DNA of 64,000 nt from Mustelus asterias. Taxonomy: Eukaryota. The stretch is from contig NC_135825.1 in the NCBI RefSeq assembly GCF_964213995.1, positions 12,772,001 to 12,836,000 of the forward strand. Direction: 5' to 3'. The notes under the pieces are model-generated. The model saw nothing but the letters and a program-made list of their open reading frames with translations. It did no database searches and was not told the DNA's origin. Shown here piece after piece: positions 63,658 to 64,000 of the stretch. Position numbers and translations under genes: made by a program. Within the stretch, counting starts at the first letter, position 1; each line of letters opens with the position of its first letter.

Positions 63658-63764
63658 CTGGGTCTTTTGCAAAATGTGCATAGCACGTGACTGAAACAGT
63701 GCAAGCAACCAGAGCGTTAAAGAGCAGCCAGCGGAATATCGCCCATATCTCCAACAGAACGTCT
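63658..63764 (-). CDS. Gene 3 (paralog of gene 2): transmembrane exon; upstream exons lie beyond the window
   Basis: Near-identical to 32880-32986 with the same splice sites. DVLLEIWAIFRWLLFNALVACTVSVTCYAHFAKDP. Confidence 0.83.
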
Positions 63765-63837
63765 CTGACAAAACAAGGAGCTGTAATTAATACAAGATAA
63801 CTGATCCCGAAGTTGATGTGATACACCCGTGTGATAA

Positions 63838-64000
63838 ACATGGTGGCACAGTGGTTCGCACTGCTGCCCCACAGCCCCAAGGAACCCGGTTCAATTCCCG
63901 GCTTGGATCACTGTCTGTGTGGAGTTTGCCAATTCTCCCTGTGGGTTTCCTTCAGGTGCTCTGGTTTCTTCCCACAGTCCAAAGATATGCAGGTTATGTG
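63838..64000 (+). mobile_element. V-SINE (truncated by window end; paralog at 33130-33450)
   Basis: Head and V-core. Confidence 0.85.

Larger units (their letters stand above)
56403..64000 (+). repeat. Segmental duplication copy B (contains about 4 kb absent from copy A)
   Basis: See copy A; 58230-62205 has no counterpart in A. Confidence 0.93.

Overview
Vertebrate genomic DNA, almost certainly from a shark/elasmobranch: HE1-like V-SINEs, abundant CR1 LINEs, Penelope-like elements and Gypsy remnants dominate the window. Within the repeats is a cluster of CD300/pIgR-like Ig-V receptor genes, which I reconstructed from splice signals and exon phases. Gene 1 (+ strand, 4632-18706; leader exon not found, probably upstream) has one V domain, a mucin-like stalk, a neutral TM and an ITIM-bearing tail, i.e. 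an inhibitory receptor. Gene 2 (- strand, 52930 to about 31715) has a leader, two tandem-duplicated V exons with hyper-diverged loops, a third heavily glycosylated V domain, a micro-stalk, an Arg-containing TM and a short tail, i.e. an activating-type receptor. Gene 3 (- strand, right edge) is the 3' end of a recent duplicate of gene 2. Together they look like a paired activating/inhibitory receptor locus that is still expanding. The window also holds a family of short inverted Penelope-type insertions with 9-14 bp TSDs carrying minimal hammerhead ribozyme motifs whose stems covary between copies. Repeat boundaries are approximate; exon boundaries were read from the sequence.
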